NCBI RefSeq assembly: GCF_036971445.1
Contig: NC_091471.1
Location: 185,628,001-185,692,000 of the forward strand
Direction of reading: 5' to 3'
DNA: 64,000 bases
Origin: Narcine bancroftii
Lineage: Eukaryota
A model generated the notes under the pieces. The model had not been told where the DNA came from. It did no database searches and saw nothing but the letters and a program-made list of their open reading frames with translations. This document shows, piece after piece, positions 26,853 to 39,388 of this stretch (the first letter of the stretch is position 1; each line of letters begins with the position of its first letter). The position numbers and the translations under genes were made by a program.

Positions 26853-26997
26853 CAACCAACCAATTTTCCCCTGCAACCGCTGCAACTGTGTCTGCCTGTC
26901 CCGCATCGGACTTGTCAGCCACAAACGAGCCTGCAGCTGACGTGGACATTTGCCCCTCCATAAATCTTCGTCCGCGAAGCCAAGCCAAAGAAGAATA
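26853..26997 (+). mobile_element. RTE LINE 3' end fragment
   Basis: Near-identical to 52508-52650 (NQPIFPCNRCN..., gccaagccaaagaagaa tail). Confidence 0.85.
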
Positions 26998-27297
26998 ACT
27001 CTGTGACTCTATAGTAGCAGACCAAAGATCAAGATGGTCACAAAATTCTGGTATCAATGTGCAGAGTGATGGAGCATCAGCTTTCTAACATGAAGTGCTG
27101 GAGATACTTGGTAGGTCAGGGAGCATTAATGGAAGCCATTGCTGATAAAGGGTCTGTCTGAAATATTGACTGACTGTTGCCTTCCACAGATGCTGCCTGA
27201 CCTGCTGAGATCCCCCATCACTATGTGTTGCTCCAGTCTTCCAGCGTATGCTGTGTCACTTTTACCAACTTTTCCAGCGGGCTTTTCTCAAACGTAC

Positions 27298-27440
27298 CTG
27301 AAGAACAAGTTGAAGGTCTCTGGATAGATCAGAAATTCCATAGATCATCAGTGTCCCTTGGTCCTCAAAGGCTACTGGCAAAACAGGAGCAAAGAACTTC
27401 TGTGCAAAGTAATGAAGCATCTTCCATTTGCCACCATACT
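27298..27440 (-). CDS. MANBA: Beta-mannosidase exon
   Basis: [39 protein letters not shown]; cttag/gtacgt boundaries. Confidence 0.93.
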
Positions 27441-27958
27441 CTAAGGAAGGAAAAAATTGGAACACTCCAACACGGAACATTGCAGATTCATGCCTATTGG
27501 GATACTTTGGAGAATAAACAGTAAAATAATTACCATTTTTAAAAAATTTCAAACATTTAGGAAGAGAATTTCCAGACCCACAGGCCATTCTATCCACTGT
27601 CCCCATGTTGTCTGAATATAGAGCTGTGGAGGTTGACTCACTCCCAGTACTTCAACTGGCCTCAGGGCTTCTTGCTCCCAGCTCTCTCACAGAATTCCAT
27701 TCACACACAGAGAGAAATAATTTTCTCAACACCTCCAATCCTACAACCACTGAATCAAACCATTTGCCTCATTATTGACCTCCTTCTCCAAGTGTCAGCT
27801 TTTATTGTTCAGCTGATCCACCCTATCATAATGGTACACATTTTCAATTCAGAATACAGAATAGTAAAGGAACAGGCCCTCCAGCCCACCATCTTAAATT
27901 GCATCTCTGGAATATCCAAACTATCCAGAGATCTCCATCCTTTTTCTTACCCCATCTC

Positions 27959-30465
27959 TTTAACTCTTTGAAGAATTTTTCTGTCAGTTGTATTGGCAAT
28001 GCCTGAAATAAGTATAGTATCCTTGGAAAAATGTTCATTTTAATACAGTTTATCCTTCCTATCAGTGTTAGTGGTAGCTCTTTCCAATGCTCTAAATCGT
28101 CCTGTAATTTTTTCATTAGTGGATTGTAATTGAGTTTATATAATTGGCCTAGATTTTTGTTTATTTGCACACCTAGGTATCTTATTGCCTGCGTTTGCCA
28201 TCTGAATGGGGATTCCTCCTTAAATTTTGAGAAATCCGCGTTATTCATAGGCATTGCTTCACTTTTATTTACGTTTATCTTGTATCCCGACACTTCTCCA
28301 TATTCCTTCAATTTCTTATATAGTTCTTTTATTGATAGTTCTGGTTCTGTTAAGTACACTATCACATCATCCGCAAACAGACTGATTTTATATTCCCTGT
28401 CTTTTATTTTTATTCCTTTTATATTATTATCTCTTCTTATCGATTCTGCTAGTGGTTCTATAGCTAGCGCAAACAATAATGGTGATAGTGGGCATCCCTG
28501 CCGCGTTGACCTGCTTAAGTTAAATTGCTTTGATACATGTCCATTTACTGTCACTTTCGCTAACGGTCCCTTATATAATGCTTTAATCCAATTAATATAC
28601 TTCTCCGGTAAACTGAATTTTTGCAATACTTTGAACAAGTAATTCCATTCTACTCTGTCGAAGGCCTTCTCTGCGTCTAAAGCAACTGCTACTGCCGGTG
28701 CTTTATTTCCTTCTACTGCATGAATTAAGTTAATAAATTTACAAATATTGTCTGTTGTGCGTCTTTTTTTGATAAATCCAGTTTGGTCTAAATTTACCAT
28801 TTTCGGTACCTGTTCTGCTAATCTGTTCGCTAATAGTTTAGCTATTATCTTATAATCTGTGTTTAGCAGAGATATTGGTCTATATGACGCTGGTGAGAGT
28901 GGATCTTTCCCTTGTTTTAGTATCACTGTAATTATTGCTGTTTTACATGAATCTGGTAAGTTTTGTGTCTCATCAATCTGGTTGATTACATCCAGGAGGG
29001 GCGGTATTATTAGGTCTTTAAATGTTTTGTAGAATTCTATTGGGAGTCCATCCTCTCCTGGTGTCTTATTATTTGGTAAATTTTTTATTATCTCTTGTAT
29101 TTCTACTGTTCCAAATGGTTCTGTTAATTTATTTTGTTCCTCTATTTGTAGTTTTGGTAGTTCAATTTTAGTCAAAAATTCATCTATTTTCCCTTCTTTC
29201 CCTTCGTTTTCGGTTCGGTATAATTGTTCATAGAATTCTCTGAAGTTTTCCTTAATTTCTTTTGGATTATATGTAATTTGTTTGTCTTTTTTCCTTGTTG
29301 CCAATACCATTTTCTTAGTTTGCTCTGTCTTAAGCTGCCATGCTAGGATTTTGTGTGTTTTTTCCCCTAGTTCATAATATTTCTGTTTTGTCTTCATTAT
29401 ATTCTTCTCCACCTTATATGTTTGTAATGTTTCATATTTTATTTTTTTATCCGCCAATTCTCTTCTTTTGGTTGTATCTTCCTTTATTGCTAATTTTTTT
29501 TCTATGTTTATTATTTCCCTTTCCAACTGCTCTGTTTCCTGATTATAGTCCTTCTTCATCTTGGTTGCATAACTTATTATTTGCCCTCTAATGAATGCTT
29601 TCATTGCGTCCCATAGTATAAACTTATCTTCCACTGATTCCGTATTTACTTCAAAGTACATTTTTAATTGTTTTTCAATAAATTCTCTAAAATCCTGTCT
29701 TTTAAGTAGCATGGGGTTTAATCTCCATCTATACATTCTTGGAGGGATGTCTTCTAGCTCTATTGCCAATAACAGGGGTGAGTGGTCCGATAATAGTCTA
29801 GCTTTATATTCCGTTTTCCTAACTCTCCCTTGTATGTGGGCTGATAACAGGAATAGGTCTATCCTTGAGTATGTTTTATGTCTAGTCGAGTAGTATGAGT
29901 ATTCCTTTTCTTTTGGGTTTTGTTTCCTCCATATGTCCACAAGTTTCATTTCTTGCATTGATTTAATTATAAATTTGGTTACTTTGTTCTTCCTGTTAAT
30001 TTTTTTCCCCGTTTTATCCATATTTGGATCCAAATTCAGATTGAAATCCCCTCCTATTAGTATGTTCCCTTGCGTATTAGCTACCTTCAAAAAGATATCT
30101 TGCATAAACTTTTGATCTTCTTCGTTAGGTGAATATATATTAAGTAGATTCCAAAGCTCTGAATATATCTGACATTTTATCATAACATATCTCCCTGCTG
30201 GATCTATTATTTCCTCTTCTATTTTAAATGGCACATTTTTGCTAATTAATATAGCCACTCCTCTTGCTTTTGAATTATACGATGCTGCTGTTACATGTCC
30301 TACCCAATCTCTCTTTAATTTATTGTGCTCCAATTCAGTTAAATGTGTTTCTTGGACAAATGCTATATCTATTTTTTCCTTTTTCAGTAAATTTAGTAGT
30401 TTCTTCCTTTTAATTTGGTTATGTATTCCATTAATATTTAGAGTCATATAGTTCAGCGTAGCCAT
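27959..30465 (-). CDS. L1 ORF2 endonuclease/reverse transcriptase, open for about 835 codons, then truncated
   Basis: ORF track 27844..30465; L1 similarity ends at ...EKFFKELK. Confidence 0.85.
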
Positions 30466-32413
30466 TTTATATTTTGTTTATCTTCTCTTTCCGTTTTTCC
30501 ATCATTACCTTTCCTCCTTTTCCATTTCTGTTTTCTTATTTTCAACTCTTTACCAGACAACATTCCTACAACATCCAACATTTTCCTTATTCTCCTATTT
30601 CTATCTTCTTTATCCCCAATCTCCCCTTCCCCTCCTGAGTTGCCCTTTATCCCTTGTCGGACAACCACATCTCCCCTCTCCATTTGGATTTGCGAATCCA
30701 CTCGCAAGCGTCAACTGATTTTGCAGTGACCGCTCTTTTCCCCCCACCCAGCCCCCCCCAGAAAAGATTTCGTTTTTTATATGTCCCAAAGGTCACTCTT
30801 TTAGTTCCCTCCTTATTCTCTCTATTCCATTACCTTCCCTTATTAATTCTTGTCTATACTTTCTATGTTTTCCTCTAATTACAGATACTTTCACATATGC
30901 CCATTGTCTCTATTCACTCTTATACCTCTTTACCCGCATACATATCAATCGTGGTCATTTTTACCCTCCTTACCCGTCTTCATCCCTCAGTCTATTTTTG
31001 TCTTTACCCACATACATATCAATCGTGATAATTTTTGCTCTCATTACCCGTCTTCATCCCTCAGTCTATTTTTGTAATTGTTCTGCAAATTTTCGTGCTT
31101 CTTCTGGATCCGAGAATAGTCTGTTTTGTTGTCCTGGAATAAATATTTTCAATACCGCAGGATGCTTCAGTGTAAATTTATATCCTTTCTTCCATAAAAT
31201 CGCTTTTGCTGCATTGAACTCTTTTCTCTTCTTTAGGAGTTCAAAGCTTATATCTGGATAAATGAAGATTTTTTGCCCTTTATACTCCAGTGGTTTGTTG
31301 CCCTCTCTTACTTTTTCCATTGTCTTCTCCAGTACCTTTTCTCTTGTAGTATATCTTAGGAATTTTACTACAATAGATCTTGGTTTTTTGTTGTGGTTGT
31401 GGTTTAGGGGCCAATGCTCTATGTGCCCTTTCTATTTCCATTTCTTGCTGTAGTTCTGGACATCCTAGGGCCTTAGGGATCCATTCTTTTATAAACTCCC
31501 TCATATTCTTGCCTTCTACATCTTCCTTAAGGCCCACTATCTTTATGTTATTTCTTCTGTTATAATTTTCCATTATATCTATTTTTTGGGCTAGTAATTC
31601 TTGTGTCTCTTTAGTTTTTTTATTAGATTCCTCCAATTTCTTTTTTAAGTCTTCTACCTCCATTTCTGCTGCTATTGCCCGTTCTTCCATCTTGTCCATT
31701 TTTTTCCCCATTTCTGTTAAGGTCATATCCATTTTATTTATTTTCTTTTCTGTGTTGTTTATTCTTCTTCTTAAATCATTGAATTCCTGTGTTTGCCATT
31801 CTTTAAATGACTCCATGTATCCTCTAACAAGAGCAAGTACCTCCTTTACCTTGCCTATCTTTTCTTCTTCTATTTCCCTGTACTCTTCCTCTTCCTCTTC
31901 TTCTTCCTCTAGGTTGACCATCTGTTGTTTCTTTGCTGCCCTTTCCTCCTCTTCTTTCTTGTTTCTATTGTCTTCTGTGGTCTCTTCTTGCTGCAGGTGT
32001 TCTGCAGCTGTCGTTGCCGGCTGTGGAGATCGACTCCCCAGCTGGTCCCCCCTCCCGTCGGTGTGTTTTTTTGTATGCGCATCGCGCATGCGCGGTTGCG
32101 CACTTTTACTCGGCTCTGTGAGCCATTGTTGTAGTTCTCTTTCTACCGACCTGAGGTAGTGGGGTCTTCTCTCCACAGCGGGCCTCTTCGGACAGGTAAG
32201 GCCTTCACCTTTTTCCTCCGTTGTCTTCTCTTCCTCTCTTCTTTCCGTTGATTTTGATTTTTCTCCTTTTGTCTCCATCTTCTTTCCACCTTTATACTCA
32301 CTTTTCTTTAACTTGTATTTCTGTGCCTTTGTATTTTCTCTTGTTTTTCCCGACTTTTCTGGAGAGGGCTGGAGTTCACCGTCCGGCCACTACTCCATCA
32401 CGTGACTCCTAGC
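27959..32413 (-). mobile_element. Young L1-clade LINE, 5'-intact and 3'-truncated
   Basis: ORF1 (coiled coil, RRNNIKIVGLKE, IERAHR; one frameshift near 31385); ORF2 from 30465 with APE (QETH, GDFN, SDH) and RT (QGCPLSPLLF, FADD); 16-bp direct repeat TTTCTTACCCCATCTC at 27943-27958 and 32414-32429. Confidence 0.93.
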
Positions 32414-32449
32414 TTTCTTACCCCATCTCAATTGCATCAATATGTAGGA

Positions 32450-33100
32450 AAAGGGATGAGGATCTGTGGAATGAATTTAGAGTTAAGAATTATTTTTAAA
32501 AAAAGAAGACCTTGATGGTCATAATCTCTGGATTACTCTCAAAGCCACGTGCTATTCAGGTTAGGAATAGAAAGTTAGGTGAGATGAATGCATTGATGAG
32601 GAGCTGGTCCAGGGAGCAGGGATTCAGTTTCTTGGATCACTGAGATCTGTTCTGAGGCAGAGGTGACCCGTACAAGGAGGACAGGTTACGTCTGAATGGG
32701 AGGGGAACCAATATTTTGACAGAAATTTTACAGTGTGACTTGGGAAGGCTTAAATTGGACTTGCAGGGGCTGGGCCTCAGAATAGAGATGAGGCAGATGT
32801 GTGGGTTCTAATACAGTACTGTACTCAAAAAGCAGACGCTGTGGACAGGATAGGCAGGACTATAGCAAAGGGAGGGGAAAGAGCCATGGTTTGAACTTCA
32901 ATACAAGAGGCCTCAGAGGTACAGCAGAGTGTGGATTGGCTCAGGAGACAAGGTATTAAAACAGAAATGTGGGAGAGAGAAAGGCAAGACTTGTTCAAGG
33001 GTACAGATGCTAAAGGTACAATGGAGGACAGGTGGGGTGGGGGTTACCTTATTGATAAGGGAAGAAAATTAAAATGCTTAAAGAGGATATTATTCTTTGC
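32450..33100 (+). mobile_element. Old CR1 remnant (esterase end to APE start), continuing at about 38160-38340 after the DIRS insertion
   Basis: Resembles 14140-14800 (ttcttggatcactgagat, gggaccaatatt). Confidence 0.6.
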
Positions 33101-33105
33101 AATAT

Positions 33106-35139
33106 ATGTTGGTTCGCCAACATGAGATCCTATCCACGCATGCGCAGCCATTACATCCGTCGACTTGTGAGGAGCAATAAGTGTTTTTAGTGCGGAAGCA
33201 AAAAGGCACTGAATCGTAATAGAGCAATCACAAAAAAGCGCTAAAATAGTAAGGCCTGCAGGACCAGAACCCTGAGGGAGATCACAAGAGAGAAATCCAC
33301 AAAAATGGAGTCAAACCCCCAAACAAACCCTCCGGAGAAGGAGGTGAGCGGTAAAAATTCATGGACTACCGGTGAGAGGTTCCCGGGTCCCGATGAGGGG
33401 AGGTGGAGGTGTATTGGAAAAGGTTTGGGACAACTGGCGGGAGATTATCAGGTCCTGATTAGGGCAGAGGCAGGGCGGCAAGAGCCCGAGGAGGAAGGCC
33501 TCCAAGAAGAGCCCCCGTAGCATTTTGTTAGCGCCAAAAATCCAGCGGGCCTGCTGGGTGCACTGTCTCAGCTGAGGAGCAGGAAGACTGATCCACCTCT
33601 GTTGGGGGTGGGATCAGGCAGCAGTGGGCTACCTTCATTGAAGGTGGGGCCCAAGGCTGGCTGCACTGACCAAGCTTCATTGAAGTTGGGGCCTGAAAAA
33701 TATAGCAGCGATGCTGATCTGCTGGGGGTGGGATCAGGCGACAGAGATCTACCTTCACTGAAGGTGGGGTCCAAGTCTGGCTGCAGTGACCTGACTTCAT
33801 GGAAGTTGGGGTCTCAAAAAGCAAGCAATGATACTGTTATGCCACTGCATGAGGTGATTGGTCCTCAGTACATCCAGCGTCAGCAAAGGGGAGTACTCTG
33901 CACAAGAGTAGGTAGGAGCTGAATCAAACCTAACGCATCAGCGAAGCCGCCCACTTGACAGGCGAGAATAACCACCAGAAAAAGCCCGAGGAAGGGTGTG
34001 GTCTCTGTATGATGGGCACTCGCTCGATTGGGATCCAAGAGTAAGGCCTGCCAGACAGCAGAGGCCTCGACCAGCAATGAAATTGTAAGTTGTCTGGACA
34101 AATTGGAGGAACTGGTGACAGTAATGGTGAGTAAGTTTCCTACACCATCAGAGCAGGGGGAGGACATTTATGATTATGCATGGGAAGATGATGAAGGGCC
34201 AGTAAAGGAGGCCGAGTCACCCAAATCCCCATACCCTGCTCAGGCCAGCCAGGATGAGAGCCGCAAAGTTTGCAGTACAGAGGGGTATCGGCCAGCCACT
34301 ACAGGATGATATTGCAGGATCTATAACTTATATGGTAACGAATGCTTTTCAGGAGACGGTACTAGAAGAATCCATCAAGAAGTACCCCTGCCCTGTTAAC
34401 TGCCCTTTGTTGGAGGTGCCAAAGGTAAACCCTGTGATATGGGACAATTTGAAGGTTCCACAAGAGAAAAAGACATGAAATTGCAAAGACTTCAGGGGAC
34501 GCTGGTTAAAGGTATCACAGCATTCGTACATATGCTCTCACGTGATTTATCGGAGTCCCAACAAGACGCACTGGGACTATTATCCCATGCAAACTATGAA
34601 CTGAATGCCTTCAGGAAGGAGCTGATTAAGATCAACCTAAATGTAAGATATGATCATTTGTGCAGACCATCTAACCCTGTAATGAAATTTCTATTTGGTG
34701 ACGATCTCGGCAAACAGGTGAAAAATTTGAATGAGCAGCAGAAGGCAGCGGTTGGCATGGTCAGAGGTTTGAGAGCACAGGCAAGAGAACCTGTTTTGTT
34801 TCACCCCTATCACAGGTAAGTTATCCGAGGCAGTTTCCTGCTCCAAGTGCCAACACCCTCCGTGGAGAGAGCAGCAGCAGAATTTTACTGCTCAAAGTGC
34901 TTCGCGGAGGTGGACCCAGAATGCACCAGTCCATAGACAAGGCGGGTTGAGGAAGTGAATGCTACGCAATTACAGTTGAGTGCACTTGATAATTACAAGG
35001 CTTTAACATTTGGCAGTCGATAAACGCTATTCTATGATAGATGGTGTAATAATACCACTGATGCTTCTATTCGGCAGACAGGCTATAAAATCGAATTTGA
35101 TCCACAGAAAAACCCTCCGATAAGGAGTAAGGGTCTCTC

Positions 35140-35180
<41 letters not shown>

Positions 35181-38154
35181 ATACATGCAGACCGCAACTG
35201 ATGGAGGCTGTACATGCTGAGATCATAACGTTAAAAAAAGAAAAATGTTATTGAACATTGTAGCCATGAAAAACACGAGTTTTATTAAACAACCCAAAAG
35301 AAGTGGCGGCACTAGAGTAATACAGGATCTATCGGATTTTAACGAATATGTCTTATACAGGCATTTTAAAATGGATAACATATATTCCGTGATGCCGATG
35401 TTACGTAAGGGCTATTACACGGCCTTGATAGATTTGCAAGACGTATACTATTCCGTCACAATCTGCCCACAGTATAGGAAATTCTTGAAATTTACCTGGG
35501 AGAGCTATGGTAATGTAAGGCTTTGTTGAATGGGCTGAGTTCGGCGCCCAGGGCATTTACCAAGTTACTGGAGTTTGCAAGGCTCAGGAAAGAGGGAAAC
35601 ATGGTAATTGGTTACCTAGACAATACCCTTATTGTGGGCAGATCGTTCGAGGAAACAAAAAGGGCAGTACCAGTCACCTTGAGATTATTAAGCCTCGTGG
35701 GGTTTCTTATACATTCCGAGAAATCAGTGCTGGTGCCTACTAAGAGGTTAAAATTCCTCGACTTCATTATTGATACAGAAGACATGAAAGTTAACCTGCC
35801 AGAGGATAAAGTGGCAGAGATTAGGACAGCCTACAGAGGGCTCATGACAGTCTCGTCCCTCCATAAGAAAGGAGGCTAGGTTGATTGGGAAACTGGTGGC
35901 GGCTTTCCCGACAGTACAATATGGTCTGCTAAATTATAGGTTCCTGGAAAGGGACAATATATCAGTTCTTAAAGCAGCAAGGGGACATTTTGACAGGCCC
36001 ATGAGGCTAACAAGTGAGACCAGATCCAACCTGGCTTGGTGGATCGACTATATCTTGCTGGCTTATTTGAGGATCAAGCTAAAAAAGGTGGACCTGGAGA
36101 TCAGGTCAGACACTAGTGGCGAAGGTTGGGGAGCCACAAATCTAAAGACCTCTGATGGAGGCAGATGGACAGACAGAGAGCTCAGGGAAGCCTCAAAATC
36201 AGGCATCAATTATTTGGAAATGCTGGCGGGTTTTTTTTAGCACTAAAATCTTTCTGTGTGAGGGAAGCTGACATTCATGTATTGCTGAGGTTGAATAACA
36301 CTTCAGCAGTGACCTACCTCAATAATATGGGAGGTTTCAAATCTCCTTCCTGTAACGTTATCCATTGAGACTTGGCACTGATGCATTCAAAGAAACATTT
36401 GGGTTACTGCCGCCTACCTGCCGGGTTGGATAAACACACAGGGGGACCTGATGTCCAGAAAATTCAATGATAGCACTGAGTGACTCTGGGTAAGAAATAT
36501 TTTAAATGGCTAGCAGACACCTTTGGCATGCCAGAGATAGATTTGTTTGCATCCAGGCTTAGTGCCCAGGTTCCGAGGTTTGTGTCCTGACTGCTGGATC
36601 CCCAAGCAGAGGCCATTGACGCCTTTACCATAGACTGGTCAAAATATAACTTTTATGAATTCCCCCCGTTCACCTTGGTGGCGAAGTGCCTGAATAAGAC
36701 GGTGCCATGGGATTGCTGGTAGTGCCAAATTGGCCTTCCCAACGTTGGTTTCCCGTACTCCTTAGGCTTATGGTGGGGAGTCCATTGGTATTCATGAAAA
36801 ACAAAGGTCTGCTAATCCAAACAATGTCAAAGATATCCATTGTCTCACTTAAGTCAGTTAGGTTGCAGGATCGGAGAGCGAGGATCGACATAAACACTCT
36901 GGAGCTTAGAACTCTAGACATCCTGAGGGCATCTTGGAGAAAGTCTGCTCAGAAACAGTATGCTTCCTAATGTGGAAATGGAAAAAGTACTGTACCCAAA
37001 TCGGACTGAATGAACAGTCAGCCTCTATCGGAGGTGTACTGAGTTTTCTAACCGATATGTTTTATGTACCAGGGCTTTCTTGATGCTCCAGGCCTCTGAA
37101 AATGAGATGATGAACCACCCCCTGATCAAAAGATTTATGAAAGGAGTGTTCCACTTGTATCCTCTGGTACCAGATATAAGGAAATTTGGGACATAAAGAT
37201 TGTTTTGGACTATTTAAGGCTACTGTCACCAACTTTCAGTTTGGACTACTTTCAGTTTGGACTTAAGTAGCCTGTCCCATAAGATGACATCGACCCAGAG
37301 AGTATGAACTTATAGACTATATCAGTTGGGAGGAGGACTGTGTAAGCATTCAAGTTATAGATATTTTGAAACAGGCAAGGGAGAATTGGGACAAAATTTT
37401 CATTGTATGCAAACAGAGAAGATGAAAGATGTATGTTTAAAAAGATACGTTGTATTTACAAAACATAAAGTCTAAATGAGAAATGCCTCTTTATATGTTA
37501 TAAAAAAACCGCATCAGTGGGCTACCTCCCAGACGTTGGCCAGATGACTGCGGGAAGTCATGAGAGTGGTTGGAGTGGTTATTTCTCAGTTTGGGTCCCA
37601 TTCAACTGGAGCGACGGCAACCTCGGCAGCCAATAGGGGAAGTATGCCTATATGGGAGAACCTTTAATAGGTTTTACAATAAGCCTTTAAATTTAGAGGG
37701 GCAGAGTTTCATGGCTTCCATCCTACACGCAGAAGATTGACAAAGGCTGCAGAAGGTGGACTCATTAAACTGATTATGGTCTGTCAGACCACCCTAAGGG
37801 GATAAGCCTCTGAGTTACAAAGTCTCACGTTGGCGAACCAACATTAAACGAACACTTATCTGTGGGAAGTTTGATGATGTTTATTCGAGCAATGGAAGTT
37901 GGTGAATCAACGTCCCCACCTCTCCCTCCCTTCTTCTTTTCTGTTTACGGATAAAGATGTCTGGCTGTAATAAATAACGTTCAGTCACAGGTTTGTGTTA
38001 TGGTTGCTTTGTCTAGTTTAGCTCATTTTAGTTCAGTGGCTTCTCCCCTCCGGACTGTGAAGGAATGGGATCTCACATTGACTGACCAACTCCCATTGCT
38101 CCAATAAACATCATCAAACTTCACTTACCATCAAACAGGTAAGTGCTTGTTTAA
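33106..38154 (+). mobile_element. DIRS-type tyrosine-recombinase retrotransposon, decayed
   Basis: Gag-like remnants 34000-34820; RT (IDLQDVYY, GLSSAPRAFTKLL, YLDN); RNase H (SDTSGEGWG, INYLEM); methyltransferase-like block (IDLFASRL, DAF, LVVPNWPSQRWF); YR remnant (HST); internal complementary region 37823-37902. Confidence 0.88.
35143..35178. repeat. (TA)n microsatellite within the DIRS element
   Basis: About 18 TA units. Confidence 0.95.
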
Positions 38155-38442
38155 TGTTCCATTCATGAAGGTATCATCTAGTGAGGCTATGTGTAGATAC
38201 GAAGGAATGGTTTCTTTGATGCGCTCCCCAATTATCAATGAGAAATGGTTCATGTGTTGGGAAATTGCAGATTACTGTCAGAATAACAGGATAGGATTAT
38301 TGGGAAATATTAGTTTCCTGAATATTATCATGGTACATAAGGCCAACACCACACCCTGCACTCTGTGGCTCACTGTACCAGCACATCCTGAACTCTGTGA
38401 CTCACTGTAACACTACACCCTGCACTTTGTCACTGTAACACC

Positions 38443-39359
38443 TGTGACCCAGGCGCGATTAGTGGGGTTAAGGTGCCTCCAGCACCTTTTAAGGTGAGGG
38501 GGGGATAGCCCCAATAAATCGCCAACTTGGCAATTTAAGGGGGATCCCACCCCCACAATGACATGGTAACTGACGCATCACGCAGCTGTCAGTTTCCCTC
38601 CCATTGTCGATTGTGCTCCCCCACAGCTCTGCGGCAGCCAGTCCCTCTGCCCCCGTGGCAGCTGACCCCTCTCCTCTCTCCCTCGCAGCAGCGATCCTTC
38701 TTCCACTGATCGTAGCACCCCCTCACCCCCCCATGCGACGTCGACTTCTCCCCCCATGGCAGTGACCTCACACACCCAATTTGTGGCCTCAGTCTCTCCC
38801 CCTCATGGCAGAGAGCACTCCATGACACCCCCCCCCCCCTTCACCCTGGGCCCTGGCAGTGACCCCTCCCCCAATCACCGCCGACATTTCAGTCGTGGTT
38901 TCCCTGTGACACAGATGTGCAAGCGGACATCACAGGAGTGACTGGGTTGGCCATTTTCCTCTTCAAGCCGGTGGACGTGACCTAGGTAAGTTTAGCCGGG
39001 TTCCCTGACTACCTCCGAGGTAGGGCAGGGACTCGGTTGATTTTGGAGCCCACTGACCAGGTTGGACACTTTTAAGCTGCTGCGTGAGTGGGGTGTTTAC
39101 CGGGCAAACTGGTCGGTTTGGAATGCTCTGCCACAGAGGGTGGTAGAGGCAGATTCGCTGATTATGTTCAAAAGAGAGTTAGATAAGACTCTAGTGGGCA
39201 AAGGAGTTAAGGGTTATGGGGATAAGGCTGGAAAGGGGTACTGATGGTAGTGATCAGCCATGATCTGTAAAATGGCGGTGCTGGCTCGACGGGCCAAAGG
39301 GCCTACTCCAACTCCTATTGTCTATTAACCCCATTTTACAAAGCAGCTTGAAAGCACCT
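38443..39359. mobile_element. MITE family A copy 1 (left end lost; CR1 tail inserted at about 39118-39326)
   Basis: Similar to 41987-42372; right end gcagcttgaaagcacct followed by ACT. Confidence 0.65.
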
Positions 39360-39388
39360 ACTGTAACACTGTACACTGTGACTCAAGT

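Noticed and set aside
27844-27958. Novel C-terminal extension of the 873-aa ORF
   Set aside because: Read-through past the L1 truncation point into the TSD and intron
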